The notes below the pieces were generated by a model. That model was not told the DNA's origin and made no database searches. It was given only the letters and a program-made list of their open reading frames with translations. From the NCBI GenBank assembly GCA_004431415.1, contig QPMI01000496.1, positions 248,001 to 312,000 of the forward strand: a DNA stretch of 64,000 nucleotides, written 5' to 3'. Made by a program: the position numbers and the translations under genes. Each line of letters starts with the position of its first letter. Within the stretch, counting starts at the first letter, position 1. Shown piece after piece: positions 26,956 to 39,853 of this stretch. This DNA is from Cyanophora paradoxa CCMP329. Its lineage: Eukaryota; Plantae; Glaucophyta.

Positions 26956-27488
26956 GCTCCGGCGAGCGTTCTGTAGCTACAGCTAGCTAGCTAGCTTTAG
27001 GCGCAGATTACGTAGCTTATGTACATGTCGCCCAAACCAGTGGGACCCTAAATGTCGGCTTCTGTGCCCGGTGCGCCCGGGCGCGCTTCTCGAGCTTGCC
27101 AGCTGCAGCCAGCAGCGCGAGCCCTGCAGCTAAGCCAGGGCCGAGCTCGAGCGCTCGAGTCGAAGTCGACGTCGACGACGCGTACGGGGACGGTACGGCC
27201 CCGCCCGCGCGCATGCGCAGCTGCGATGCGCATGCCAAGGCTGCTTGAGCTTTCGCCCGCAGCCGTCCCGCTCCTCCCCCCCTATGGCGTAAGTCGCGGG
27301 TTGACACCAGCTTCAGATTTCGCCATCGATCTGAGACTCTAGCGGCCGGCTAGCAGCTCATCACTCGCTTCGGCGCCGGAATTCGAAACTCGATCAAGCG
27401 CAGCCGCCGCCGCCAGCAGCGCTCGAGCGAATCTGCGTCCAGCCCCGCCCGTACGCCCTCGTCCCGTTCACCACATCCGATCGTCACC

Positions 27489-29086
27489 ATGGTCTGCTGG
27501 TCGGCTGTCGCTAAGACGGTGCGCTCTCGTGGCCGGATGTCCTCGACGCTCTCCCGGACCGGAGTCCGCGCCGCGATCGGCCCGCGGCGGGTCTAGGCTC
27601 CCGGCCCTCTAGACCCGCCTTGCTTCCACGTATGCATTTCGCCGCGTCGATCGTACGCGCTTGCCGCCTCCCGCCGATGGCCGCCGCCGCGCCCGCCGCG
27701 CCGCCGCCGCGCCCGCCGCCATCTAGGCCTCGGCCCGGCCAGCCCTCCCACGACCCGCTCCCGGCCAGATGCGTACACGATCGATTCGGCGCGTACGCGG
27801 GGGTTCTTTAGTCCCCAAGGGCGCCCGCCACGGCGTCAGATCCTGAACAGCCTCTGTTTAGATTTAGATCTCCACCCGACGCCGTCCTCACGGGCGAATT
27901 CGATCGCAGTACGGCACGTTCGTCGTCGCTAACTGGGCATCCAACTTCCTCGTAAGCCCCTCTCCTCTCTCTTTCCGCACCAACGCCCCCGGCGGCCGCC
28001 GCGCTCGCTAACCGCCCGCGCCCTCCTCAGCTGCACCCGACCCAGAAGCTCGACTATGGCTTCGCGAACCGCCTCATCGGCCGCCCCGTCGACAACGAGT
28101 TGTGCGCACGCTCCGGGCCCGCTCTGCGCTCGAACTCGCCCCGGTCGCCCGCCCGCCCGCTCACCGCCCCGGCCGGCAGCTGGGGCACCAAGTCGCAGCA
28201 CATTCTGGCGATCGCCGCGCCCCTCGCCGTCATCGACCACCTCAGCATCGACCTCTGTGCGCGCCCCGCGCCTCCTCGCACCCGCCACGCCCCCGCTGAC
28301 CCGGGCGCGCCCGCGTCCGCAGGGCAGAAGAAGCTGCTGCCGGCGATGGGCATCAAGGCGCCCTTCTCCTTCGCCGGCACCCCCGGCCCCTTCATCATCC
28401 ACCTGATCACGTGCGCCCCGTCTGAAGCTCGAGCCTCGCCCGCATCCGAACCCGAATCTCTGCCTCCTGCCCACGCCAACCAACGCTGACCGCTTCTCTC
28501 TCGCCAGCTTCGCGTACGGCGGCATCATGGCGTACGTCGCGTGGGACTCTGCCTTCAACCCCAAGCACGAGGGCAAGCGCTGGGAGGCCTTCTCCTCCAA
28601 GGCGTACCCCGAGCTCCGCGGTGCCGCCCCGCCCGACCCGACCCGATCCGATCCGCGTACCCCCCGGTCCGCTCACCTCGAGGGGGGTACAGGCTGCTGG
28701 ACGATGCCCCTGCTCCCCATCTTCGGCTCCGTGACGTCGCACCTCCTGGGAGGCGCCGCCGTCGGCCACGGTGCGACGAATGCTTGAATGTCAATTGATG
28801 TTCGGATCCGGAGCAGTGGGCTGATGCTCGGTGATTCTCGCAGGCACCCCCGCGGGCCTCATTCCCCCCACCCTCGCCTTCGCGATGGTCAAGGGCTGGG
28901 GCATGACCGACTGGGGTACGCCCTCTTTTGCGAGCGGGGTACGCGATTCGGCCGCGGGGCGCTGACGCGTCGCGCCCCCTTCGTGCCTCAGGCGACATCA
29001 CCCTCACGCCCTTCGAGCGCAAGCTCAACGGCCTGGACAAGCCCTGCGAGGACTGCAAGACCGCCGGCAAGGCCCCGGCGGCCTGA
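27489..29086 (+). CDS. Uncharacterised probable membrane protein (~230 aa after splicing)
   Basis: Exons splice to MVCWSAVAKT-YGTFVVANWASNFL-LHPTQKLDYGFANRLIGRPVD...FIIHLITFAYGGIMAYVAWDS...LIPPTLAFAMVKGWGMTDWG...TLTPFERKLNGL..stop 29086. Not recovered by the ORF track. Confidence 0.6.
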
Positions 29087-30748
29087 GCTCAAGCCCGCGC
29101 CGGACTCTTTTTCAAGCCTGAAGCTTAAGCTTCGTCAAGCTTGCACTGCATGTAACACTTATATTTTCCGCGGGTCTTGGGTGGGGTTCTCGTAGTACTG
29201 TGTAGCTGGTCCTGTTCTGATGTTCTTAGCTGTAGCTTCTTCCCCGGGGCGGCTTCGCCGAGAGTAGAGCCGCGGCCGATATAATACTCCCTAGATTAAT
29301 GTTCATGATGTACCGTTTTTGCTCTTGCTCCGACGCTCTCGATGATCGAGATGATCATGTAATCTTGTGGCGTTCACGCTCATGTGCACGTGCGTGTAAA
29401 CGTACGTGTGCGTCTTTTTAAATTAATATAAATGAATGAAATTCGATCAAATCCGGCCACGGCACGGTGTCACAGTGTGCATGCATATGCGCATGCGCAT
29501 TCGCACGTGGCACTCAGTGTACAATCGCAACATGCATATGTGCAGAGCTTTTTTTTTCAAAAAGCCCACCCGGGCAATGTTCGTATTAAAATGACAACAA
29601 TAACCGCCCCGTCATAGAAGGTTTGACTGGGGGGGCACCGTCCGACTGCTCTACCTGCTCTGCGGCATAGAGGGGAGACGTCGTGCTACCCTGCCCTAGC
29701 TAGTTGCGAGCTGTGGGGAAGGAGCGAGGTGGAGTCGGATTGAGACCGTGGCCCTGCGGGAGGGGGGGGGGGGGGGGGGGGAGGGCTCTTTCTGCCGGGT
29801 GGGACGGAGGGGAAGTTGGGGAAAAGAAATGCATTTCGGAGAGAGAGAAGCTAGCGGCCCGAGCGCTACCGCTATCTGCTTATAATTAGCTTATAGCACT
29901 AGAGCTTGCTGCCTGGTAGAAAGGGAAAGGGGGTCTCGGGGGAATTAAAGCTAACTGCCACGGCCCGAGTGCCGCCGTCAGCTGCCTAGTTTCAGCACTA
30001 AGGCCGGCTGCCTAGTTCCGCACTAGACTCAGCGTCCGGAGGGAGCCGGGTCTCTACGCCGCGGCCGCGTCGTCCGCGGCGGTCGCCGCGATCGCCTGGA
30101 GGGCGGGGAAGTTGGCGATGGCGGCGGGGTTGCGCTCGAGGAGCGCGATGAGCCGCGCCGCGGCATATGTGCAGAGCTATGGCGCCGCCGCGCGCCGGGC
30201 GCCGGCTAGCACTGGCCGGCGTGCACCTTCTAGATCTACATATCGATATCTTCAAGGCTTTCTATTCCCAGGCATCGCCCGCGAGCTCCGAGGCTCGAGT
30301 GATCATGCCATGATAAGCACCATGGCCATGCACATGATGTATGATGTATCGATCAGGAAACGTTCACTGCGGCACGTAAAGCACAACGTTATCTTCGGGT
30401 CGCATTGATGTTAAGCCGTAAAATTTGTAAGAAAGGGGGGGGTCGATTGCAGCTCGCAATCGCTTCTATCTAGATTTCGCGAGGTTCTTGGAACAGCGAA
30501 ATCAAACAGCTGGTACTTCGCGAAGCTGCATGTTCGTAACCGCTACAAAAGAAAAGATTCTTGATAATCGTTACTGGCTGCTATAGTTGTTGTTACAGAA
30601 AGTACGGGGAAGTATTCGAGAGTCGCTGGCGTGTACTGGATGATCGGAATCGATGGCGTGCTGCGTGTTGCTGACTCGACGACGACGATGTCGACGTGGG
30701 CGGGCGGCGGAGGGCCCCCGCCGGCCGGCCGGCCGGCCGGCCGGGCCC

Positions 30749-33700
30749 TCAGTGGGAGGCGGCGAGGACGCGAGCGCCGAGCTGGGAGAGGAGCAGCCGG
30801 GCGGCCGGGGGCAGCGCCTGGTGCACCTTCGCCTCGATGCGCAGCGCGCGCGCCGCGAGGCGCGGGCGCGACGCCCACAGCAGCCGCGCCTGCCCGAGCC
30901 TCGGACCCGACCGCGAGGGGGGGGTGCGGGGAGGGCGGGCGCACCTCGGCCTTGCGGGAGATGTGCGTGACGTAGGTGGGGGCGGCCCCCGGCGCGCCCC
31001 CGCTCCAGGACGTGTCCTGCACGCCCCCTAAGCCTCGAGCAGGGGAGGGCGGGGCCGGGGCCGGGGTGCGCACGCCGGGCTCGCCGTTGGGCCCGGGGGC
31101 CTCGACGCCGAGCTCCTCGGCGGCCACCGACTGCACCTGATGCTCCACCACCTCCACCTGCACGCCGGGCGCGGCAGAGGAGGCCCAAAGCACTTAAGGT
31201 CGAGCCAAGGGCCGGCCGGCTGGGCTGCCCGCGGGCGGGGCGGGGCGCACGGAGTAGCAGCGGACGGATCCGTCCTCGCAGCCGGCGGCGAGCAGGCCCC
31301 GCTTCGGCGCCTGCGCGAGCCCGCCCCCCGCCTCCTGCTGCGCCTGCTTGGCGCCCGCCTGCTCCTCGGCGTGCAGGATGAACGAAATGGCGTTGACGGG
31401 GCCCGCCGCGTCCGTCTGCGCGCGCGGGCGGGCCGAGTCAGCGGGGCCGGGCCGGGGCGGGGCGGGGCGGGCGGGGCGGGGCCGCGCCTCGCAGAGGTCG
31501 TTGCCGTCGTCGGCGTTCCAGAGGCGCAGCGTCCGGTCCCCGCTCCCCTGCGCCCCCCGGCCACGCCAAGCACGTCAGCCGGTTCTTAAGCTTAGATCTT
31601 CGGGCGGGCGCACGGAGGCGAGGACGTCGCCGGCGAGGGAGAGGGCGTTGACGGGGCCCGTGTGCCCGTCCATCCGCTGCGCCTCCGGCGCCCCCGCGCC
31701 CGCGCCCCCGCCCTTCTTCTTCAGGATCTGCGGGTGGCGAGGTTGTTCGGTTCGGCACCGCTGGCCGGGCGGGCGCGCCGGCCCCGCCCCGCTTCGCGGC
31801 GCGCACCTTGGAGGCGAAGTCGACCTCCCAGGCCCGCACCGACTCGTCCGCCGCCGCCGCCCACGCGTACCGCCCTGCGCTCAGATCGAAGGCAGATCGT
31901 CTAGAGCCGTCTAAGGAGCCGCACCGTCGTCGGAAAAGGCGACGGCCTTGACGGCGCCCGTGGGGCCCTTCATCGGCACCGCCTCCCCGCTCGCCCCGTC
32001 CCACGCCCGCACGATCTTGTCCTGCCCGGCCGGCCCTCAGCGGGGGAGGGGGGCCGGAGCGGAGGAGGCGCGCCTGGCAGCCCGAGAGGACGCAGAAGGG
32101 GGCCCCCGGGGGCGGCCACGACCCGGCCTCTGCGCGCGCGGCCGGGCGCTCGGGATCGAACGAACGAACGAACGGACGAGCGCGGGGGGCGCGTGTGCGC
32201 GGCGCGGCGGGGCGGACCGGCGGCGGGGGCGGCGGGGAAGGAGCCGACGAAGACGGCGGTGACCCAGCCGTCGTGCCCCGCGAAGGTCCGCAGCGGCGCG
32301 TGGTCCGGCACCGACCTGCGCTCAGCTCAGCCCGGCGCGCGCGCGCTCGGGCCGTGTCTCCGGCTTGCGCGGTCTGCCGCGCGCACCAGACGCGGACGGT
32401 CTTGTCGGTGGAGCCCGAGGCGAGCAGGGTGCCGTCCCGCGACACGTGGATGCACCTGGCGCACGCGCGGTGCGGCCCGTCAGACGCGTCTTCCAGGCCT
32501 TCATTCGTGGGGCGCACCAGACGGCGCCCTCGTGGCCCTCGAGGCGGGCCGCCTCCTCCCCCGTCGCCAGGTCCCACCGCCTGCGCCCGCAGCCCCAATG
32601 TAAGAGGCGGTGAGGGGCGGTGAGAAACGGGGGGCGGGGGGGCCGACCGGATGGTCTTGTCGTCGCTGCAGCTGTAGAGGGCGGTCGAGGCGCCGGCCGG
32701 CGAGGGCGGCATGAGCGAGACGCCCCGCACGGCGTCCCCGTGGCCCGCCAGCGTCCGGTAGAGCCGCCCCGCCTCCGCCAGGTACACCTGCCCCCGGCTC
32801 GAATCCGAGCTGGGAAGAATCCGAGCTGGGAGGGGCGTACCCGGACGAGGCCGTCCTCGGCGCCGCTGGCGACGACGCCCCCGCGCACGTCGACGCAGCG
32901 CGTCGGGTCGTCCACCGGCGGCGGCACGTTCGGCCCTGCCCAGCCCCGCCCCGCCGAAGTCAGGCATTGCCCGTACGCACAAAGCCAAGCGAGCGGGCAA
33001 GCGGGCGAGCGACGGACCGCGTCGGACGAGGAGGGTGCGGGTCGGGTAGACTCGCGCCGTCCAGTCAGACGAGCAAGTCGCCACGTACACTGCGCCGGCG
33101 AGGGCGGCCGGAGATCAGATTCTCTAGTCTCTCTTATGACGCTTTTCTGCTCTGGCGCACGGCCGTCGGGGGAGATGTCGACTGCGAAGACGCGGTCCTC
33201 GTGGGGCGGGGTGACCCCCAGCTCCTCCCCCGTCCCCAGGTCCCACAGCCGCCCGCGCTTCTCGTCCGTCGCTGCCGCCTCGACCCGTGAGGCCGGGGTA
33301 GGATGGAGAAGGGGAGGGGCGGGGCGGGCGGCACCGGTGGCGAGGAGGCGGCCGTCGGCGGAGATGCGGACGGCGGCGACGGCGCGCGTGTGCCCGCGGA
33401 TCACCCGCACGCTCTCCCCCGTCCTCGCGTCCCACACCCGCACCTGCGCCCGCGCGCTCAGCCAAGCTGGGGCTCGTCCGGCTAGGCTAAGCGTGGGCGG
33501 GGCGCACGGTCTTGTCGACGGAGCCGGAGACGAGGCGGGCGCCGTCCGGCGAGAAGCAGACGCAGTTCACCCCCGACTTGTGGCCCTGCGCGCGCCCGCG
33601 CGCCTCGGCGGGGTCCCAGGCGGGGGGCGGGGGGCGGGGGTGGAGGGAGCGGACCTTGAGGGTGGCCCGGCACTCCCCCGTCTTGGCGTCCCACAGCTGC

Positions 33701-36700
33701 CGGCCCGGGGCCCCGTCAGCTCAGCCCTAGCGAGCCGCGGGGCCCGCAGGGCGGGGAGAGGAGGCGGCTGAAGGCTGCTCTGCCCGAGTTCATTCTCAAG
33801 CGCGGAGGAGGAGGAGGAGCAGAACAGGCCCGAGACTCCTCCGCTCGAGCCGCCGCTACGCCCCCTACGAACGATCCCGTTCGATTCACCCACCTTGACG
33901 GTGCCGTCGGCGGAGGCGGTGGCGGCGGCGGCGGCGTCGGGCGACAGGGCGACGCCCCACACCGCGTCCGAGTGGCCCGTCAGCACCTGCGGGGGCGCGC
34001 CGGGGCGTGAGGTCCGAGAATGGAAGGGGCGAATCGAGCTGAGCCTAAGGCCGGGGCGCCCCCAGCGCACGGCGAGGGCGGCGCCGGTGTCGGCGTCCCA
34101 GAGGCGCCCCGTCCCGTCGTCCGCCCCCGAGACCGCCAGCCGCCCGTCCCCAGACACCGCAACGCTGCGAGCCGGCGGCGCGGCGCGTCAGCGGCGGGGG
34201 CGGGGGAGCGGGGCGGGGCGGGGCAGGGCGGGGCGGACCTGTTGACGGTGCCGTCGTGGCCCTCCATCTTGAACTCCTCCACCCCGCCCTTGATCCGCCT
34301 TCGCGAAGTCAAGGCGCGGCAAGCTGGCTCGCGGAGGGGGCCGCACCAGACGCGGACGGTGCGGTCCTGGCCGCCCGTGACGGCGCGCCCCGCGGCGGCC
34401 GCAATGTCCACCGCCCGGATCCCCGCCGTGTGGCCCTGCGCGCCGCGCGGCCCGCTTTGAGCTTCCCGCCCGCTCGGAGGCGGGGGGCCGAGCCCGCTCG
34501 CTACGCGCTCGGCTTCAAGGGCTTCCATGCAGCCAGGCGGGCCGGACCGGCCTCTAGGTGCGGCGGCGCGAGCTCGTGCCCGCGCCCGCGGGCGGCCCCT
34601 AGGGACGGCCGGGGCCCGCCCCTCCCTCTAGCGCCACGCCGAGCGCGGCGCTTCGTTCTTCGTTCGCACCTTGAGGACCTCGGCGGGGGTGTCGCCCAGG
34701 CCGCCGCCCACCTCCCAGACGCGGACGAGCCTGAGGGAAAGAGGCGGCTCCTGAGCAGGCGAGGGGGGGGCTCCGGAGGCGGGAGTTCGCACCGGTCGTC
34801 GCAGCCGGTGGCGACGTGGCGCCCGTCCGGCGTGAAGCGCACGCAGCGCACGAAGTAGGGATGCGGGTGCGCCGGGTCCCTGCCGCGAGCGAGGTGAGCA
34901 GAAGCTGAGCCGCGGAGCGGGCCGCGTCGGATGGCCGCCCGCACCCGCCGAGGTCGACGCCCTCGAGGCGGGTGGCCCCCGAGAGGAGCGAGTCGCCCAG
35001 GCACGCCCCCTGCGAGCGAGGTCAGCGGAGCTAGCCGGCGGGGCGGCGGGGGCGGGGGGCGGGCCTGGAGGCGGGCGCCGCGGAGGTCGACGTCGGCGAG
35101 GGTGCTCCCGTCCATCGCCGCCCCCCGCAGGTCCGCGCTCTGCGGGCGGCCGGGCGCGTCGGCCCTTTCTTTCTTCCAAGCCCGTGGACCCCTTCCTCCC
35201 CAAGGCAGGCACCTGGAGGGATGCGCCCTGGAGGGAGCGGGGCAGGGGCGCCCCGCCGGCCGCCAGCGCCGACGCCGCGTGCGACTGCCCGCGCGGGTCC
35301 GCCCCGGCCTCCCGCAGCGCCGCCTCCAGCGCCGCCCTGCGCGGCCGGCCCGGCTCAGCTTAGTTCAGACGAGCCTGAGTTGGGCGGGCGGCCGGGGGCA
35401 CCGGAGGGCGGGTCGAAGGCGACGTAGTCGCCCAGGAAGGCCCGCACGGCGGGGTCCAGGGCGGCTCGCCCAGCGCCGCCGCCAGCGCCGCCGCCGGCGA
35501 GGCCGCCGAGCGCGCCGCGACGGCCGCCGCGTCCGCCGCGCGGTGCGCCGCCCACGAGGCGTGCGAGTAGGCCGGGTGCCGCGCCGTGCCCTTCTGCGCC
35601 TCCGCCGCCAGCGCGTAGACGCGGGCGCGGGTGGCGGGGCCGGGAGGCCGCCGGGGAGGCCGGCGCGGGCGGAGGCGGGGGCCTCGAGGGCCGGGAGGGC
35701 GTCCAGGGCGATGCGGTGGAGCAGGGGCGACTCGGAAAGGAAGGCGGAGAGGCCCGGGCACGCCCGCTCGGCGCGCGCCGAGAGCGCCGGGTCCACGCTG
35801 GGCGGCAGCAGCAGCAGCTCGGCGTCGCAGGGGCGGGGCCGCCGCAGCCGGCCGCGCCGGCCGGCGTCCCCGAGAGCCGCGCGTGCACGAACCGCGCGCC
35901 CTGAAGCCGCCGCGTGAGACGGAGCGAAAGTTTAGAGGGGGCGAGGGGGCTCAGGAGACGGGGGCTCAGAAGGAGAAAGGGCCTAGAAGCCGCCCTGGAG
36001 GGGCGGGGGGGAGGGCGGCCCCACCTCGCGCTCCGCCTCCGCCGCGAGGGGCGCCGGCGGCACGAGCCGGCGCGCCGCGGCCACCGACGCCTCCCGCGCG
36101 TCCCGCGCGCCCGCGTCGTCCTCGTCCTCGTCCCTGGCCGGCCCGCGGGGGGCGAGGGTGAGCCGGGGGGGGAGCGGGCGTGCAGGAAAGCCGGGCCGGC
36201 GCGGCGGCGTCGATGGCGCACCCCGAGTCGTCGATGAAGTAGATGCGGGGCTCCGAGGAGCCGGCGGCGGGGGCGGCCGGCGGGTCCGTCGGGCGAGACT
36301 CGCCCTCCGCGGGGCGGGAGGACGGGATCCAGACGGGCACGGCCCCGCCCGGCTGGTACGCCTCCCAAAGGCGGCGGTACAGCCTGCGTGGCGGGGAGGG
36401 GGGTACGAATCAACGCGCGGGCCGTCGAGCGGGGGGTACACCGTCTGGCCGCGCGCACCAGAGGAGGGAGGCGGTCTTGCCGCTGCCGCGTACCCCCGAG
36501 AGGCGGAGGGAGCGAGCGGCCCCCGCGGCGAACGCCTCCAGAGCCTCCTTGACGTCAACGGCGTCGTTCCTGCCCGCGATTCTTGAGCGCAGGAATCAGC
36601 GATGGGGCAATGGGCCGCACCCTGCGAGGTCGCGCGTGCAGCGGAGCGGCAGCGTCGGCTCCGGCGGGAGCGCCGCCGCGAAGGCATCGGAGAGGACGCG

Positions 36701-37599
36701 GGCCCGCTCCTTCTCCACGTACTCGGCGAGGGGCACCGTGTTCACCCGGCGCTCCTGCGGGGGGCTTCGGGCGGGGGCGGGGGGAGCCGGGGGGAACAGG
36801 AACGGTGGGAGGGAGAGGCTCACCGGAACGGGCGCGGCAATAGGGCGCGGGGGTGGTGCGGCCTCGGCCGGGGCCGCGACTGGCGTTGGGGCTGCGGCCG
36901 GCGCCGGAGCGGCGACGGGCGCCGGGGCCGGGGCCGGCGCCGGGGCGGCCGCGGGCGCTGGGGCGGCGGCGGCGGCGGCGGGTGCGGGGGCCAGAGGGGT
37001 CGGGGCGGGCGGCTGCGGTGCAGAGCTGCCGTTCATTGCCGGCTTGTGGTGCTCGGCGCGGGCTCCGCGGGTTTCGGGGCGGGCGCCGGCGCTGACGGCG
37101 GTTCGGCCTTCGCGCTAGCGGGGGCCGGCGCTGCCTTCGGCGGGCCTTCCGAGTTGCGCCGCTGCGCTTCGGACGCCGCGGCGGCGGCGGAGGCCGATGG
37201 GCGGCGGTGGGAACCCGAGGCCGAGGCCGATCGCGGGGCGGCGGCGCCTGGGTTGGCCGAGGCGGCCGGCGGTCCGGGGACGGCGGTCGGAGCTGATGCG
37301 CGGCGAGCCGCGCCGGAATCCTTCGAAGCTCCGCAGCCTCCCGCGCGGGCGCGGATTATGACACTCGCTGCTTCCCCGGTCGAGGAGAGGAGGACGGCGC
37401 AGGCGGAGGAGATTGCGCGCGACAGGGAAGGTCCGCTATTCTCGGCGAGATCGCAAGCCGGGAAGGGGTGGGCAACTTCGCTCAGAATGCGCGTGCCGTC
37501 GTCGGTTCTAAGAACGCCGGAAAGACGGCGCTGGGTGGAAAGGTAGAAGAGTGTGAGGCTTCCTACGTGGGTTGGAAAGTCGCCCAGCGGAACGGCCAT
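30749..37599 (-). CDS. NLR-like STAND protein: NACHT NTPase + pentapeptide repeats + multiple WD40 repeats
   Basis: Walker A SLRLSGVRGSGKT (GVRGSGKT at 36473-36496), then RRLWEAYQPGGAVPVWIP, Walker B-like IYFIDD and SESPLLHRIALDALP. Pentapeptide stretch ADLRGAAMDGSTLADVDLRGARLQ; many GH...WD repeats; C-terminal LLWASRPRLAARALRIEAKVHQALPPAARLLLSQLGA. Confidence 0.8.
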
Positions 37600-38451
37600 G
37601 GGCGGCTCGCGAGATCAAGATCTATTCGCGGCGCCCGGCTCTGACAGCTCCAGCCGGCTGTCTGAACTGCGCTGGCGGCTCGGCGACTCGCCGATGCGCA
37701 AAGTTTACGCCTGGCCGGGCCGGGCTGTTCGCGCGCGTTCAGAAAAGGCCGTTCTCCGGAATCGACCCGGGTGTGCGGAGGTGCCAAGTGCCATAAATAG
37801 TATTTAACAAATTTGATCTCGCGAGTCGCGAGCGCTAGCATGAGCATGCGCAAGCGCTTGCGCAATCCTCCGGCGCAGCGCCGGCGCCGGCGCCCGCGGC
37901 CGGCGCGCCGGCCCCGGCGGCGCGCGCGCGCGCGCTGTCCGATCGATATCAGAGTCTTCTGCGCACACAGCTGCAGGCGCCCGGCCGGGCAGCTATAGCT
38001 ACTAGGCTAGCGCTGCAGGACTCGCGCGTACGTATATATACGTACGCGTACGTCGACCGCGGCCGGCGACTCGGCGAGCGAATCCGATCCAATTCGAATT
38101 CTACTAGTACGTATACTGTACATGTACATGATGATACAGGGGGCGCGGCGCAAGCGCCCTATAAAATACGACGCACTGGACGTAAATACGCAGAACTGGA
38201 CGCATACCATGGCATAAACGAAACTGAACGCAGAGCTCACGGAATTATAGCTATAAAGCTCGGAGCACTACCATGAAAAAGGCCTATCTAAATCCTTGTT
38301 TGGGCTTTATAACCAACAGCCTGCAAGAAAAGGAGAATACGACGTCGACGTCGAAGTCCGGACTGCCTTAAAGGAAAGAAGAGGAGCGGTCTGACCTAAA
38401 TTAAAGACCCTAGAGCTGCTACGCAGCCTGTGCAGAGCTATAGCACTCTGC

Positions 38452-39853
38452 TCAGAGCTGCCGCGGCGGTGGCGCCTCGGAGGACGCTAGAAGGCGGGAC
38501 AGGACCCCAGCGACGGCGGCGGCGACCGCCGGGCCCGCCCCCGCGCGCGCCATCCCCCCCTGCTCCAGCTGTACCCCTCCCGCGCTGTAGCGGTTGACCA
38601 CGTTCCGGTCCGCAGCGCCGCTCAGCCTGTGGCCCTTGCCCACCACCTGCGCAAGGGGAAACAAAGCTCAGAGTGGTTCCCATATGGAAACGGGAGGGGT
38701 ACGGGCCGCAGACCTGCACGTCGACCTCGAGGGGGTCGTGGGCGGGGGTACCGTCGCCGCCGGCCGGAGGTACCGCAGCGCCGGACTCGTCGCCGCTGCT
38801 GGCGCCGCTGGCACCGGCGGACGCGCCGGCGTCCCGGGCGCCCTCCCCGCCGGCGCGCCCGGCCGCCCAGCCCTGCAGCGCGCCCCGCAGCGCCTCGGCG
38901 ACGTCCCTCCTCAGCCGCTCGGCGCCGCCGCCGCCGACGCGCACGGTCAGGCCCGCCTCCCGCATGCCGTGCAGGCTGACGGCAAACTCGAAGCGCCGCG
39001 CCGCAGCCGCCGCCGCGACGCGCGCCAGGCCGGGAAAGCTCGCCTCGCTCAGCTCCGTGCTGGTCACGTGGTGCCGCCCCATCGCGCTGCCCTGCCGGTT
39101 GTAGCCCCTGCAGACCCACGCCGCCGCCACGTCGCCCCCGAGCAGCCGGACGAGCTCCTCGGCCTGCCGCTCCGTGCCGGGCTCGACGTCCCCCCCGTGG
39201 GGCGCGAGCACGAGGACGCGCGCCGTCGCCAGGTTTCCCAGCACGCCCTCCGTCATCTCTCCCAGCGCCCGCGCCTCTGCGGGCCCGCGCGTCAGCGAGG
39301 GCACGCGCGCTCGGCTCGCGCGCGCTGCGCCGCCCCAGCGCGCCTGCGTCCGAGAGGTTCGGGAGAGGGGAGAACGGGGTCACGAGGACGTGTCGCGGCT
39401 CGGGAAGGCGAGCGGCTGGATCCCGCGAGAAAGCCGAGAGGAGGCGCGCCAGGCCGGCCTGGTTGACCCCTGCCTTCTGGAACTTGGACGCCGCGGGCGC
39501 GGCGACGAGGACGTTTGCGTCACTGTCGATCTCCATCGCATTGTCTGCAAGCGCTGCCGCCTCGACGACCGTGCAGAGCGAAAAGGAGGACGCCGCCTGG
39601 CCGTCCACGCCCCACGCAACTCGCACCTGGACGCCGGGCCGGAGCCCCAGGCGCTGCAGGCGCCGGCGAGTCAGCGGAGCCCTCAAAAAGCGCGTGCGCA
39701 CGCGGAGAGACGACCCACCCGCATCGCTGCAGCGTCCAGCGCGACGTGCTCGCGGTGCTTGACGAGGTCAGACGTCACGAGACCCGCGAGCTCGCTGCCG
39801 GCCACGACAGGCCCGCTTTCGGAGTGCGGAGACATCACAATATGCGGTGGCAT
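38452..39853 (-). CDS. Poly-gamma-glutamate hydrolase family protein (YjqB/PghP-like), prokaryote-type but with introns
   Basis: VLAPHGGDVEPGT (HGGxxE zinc motif), WVCRGY, HHVTSTELSEASFPGL, AVSLHGM and NVVNRYSAGGVQLEQ. N-terminal REHVALD..RLGLRPGVQVRV extension. Confidence 0.85.
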
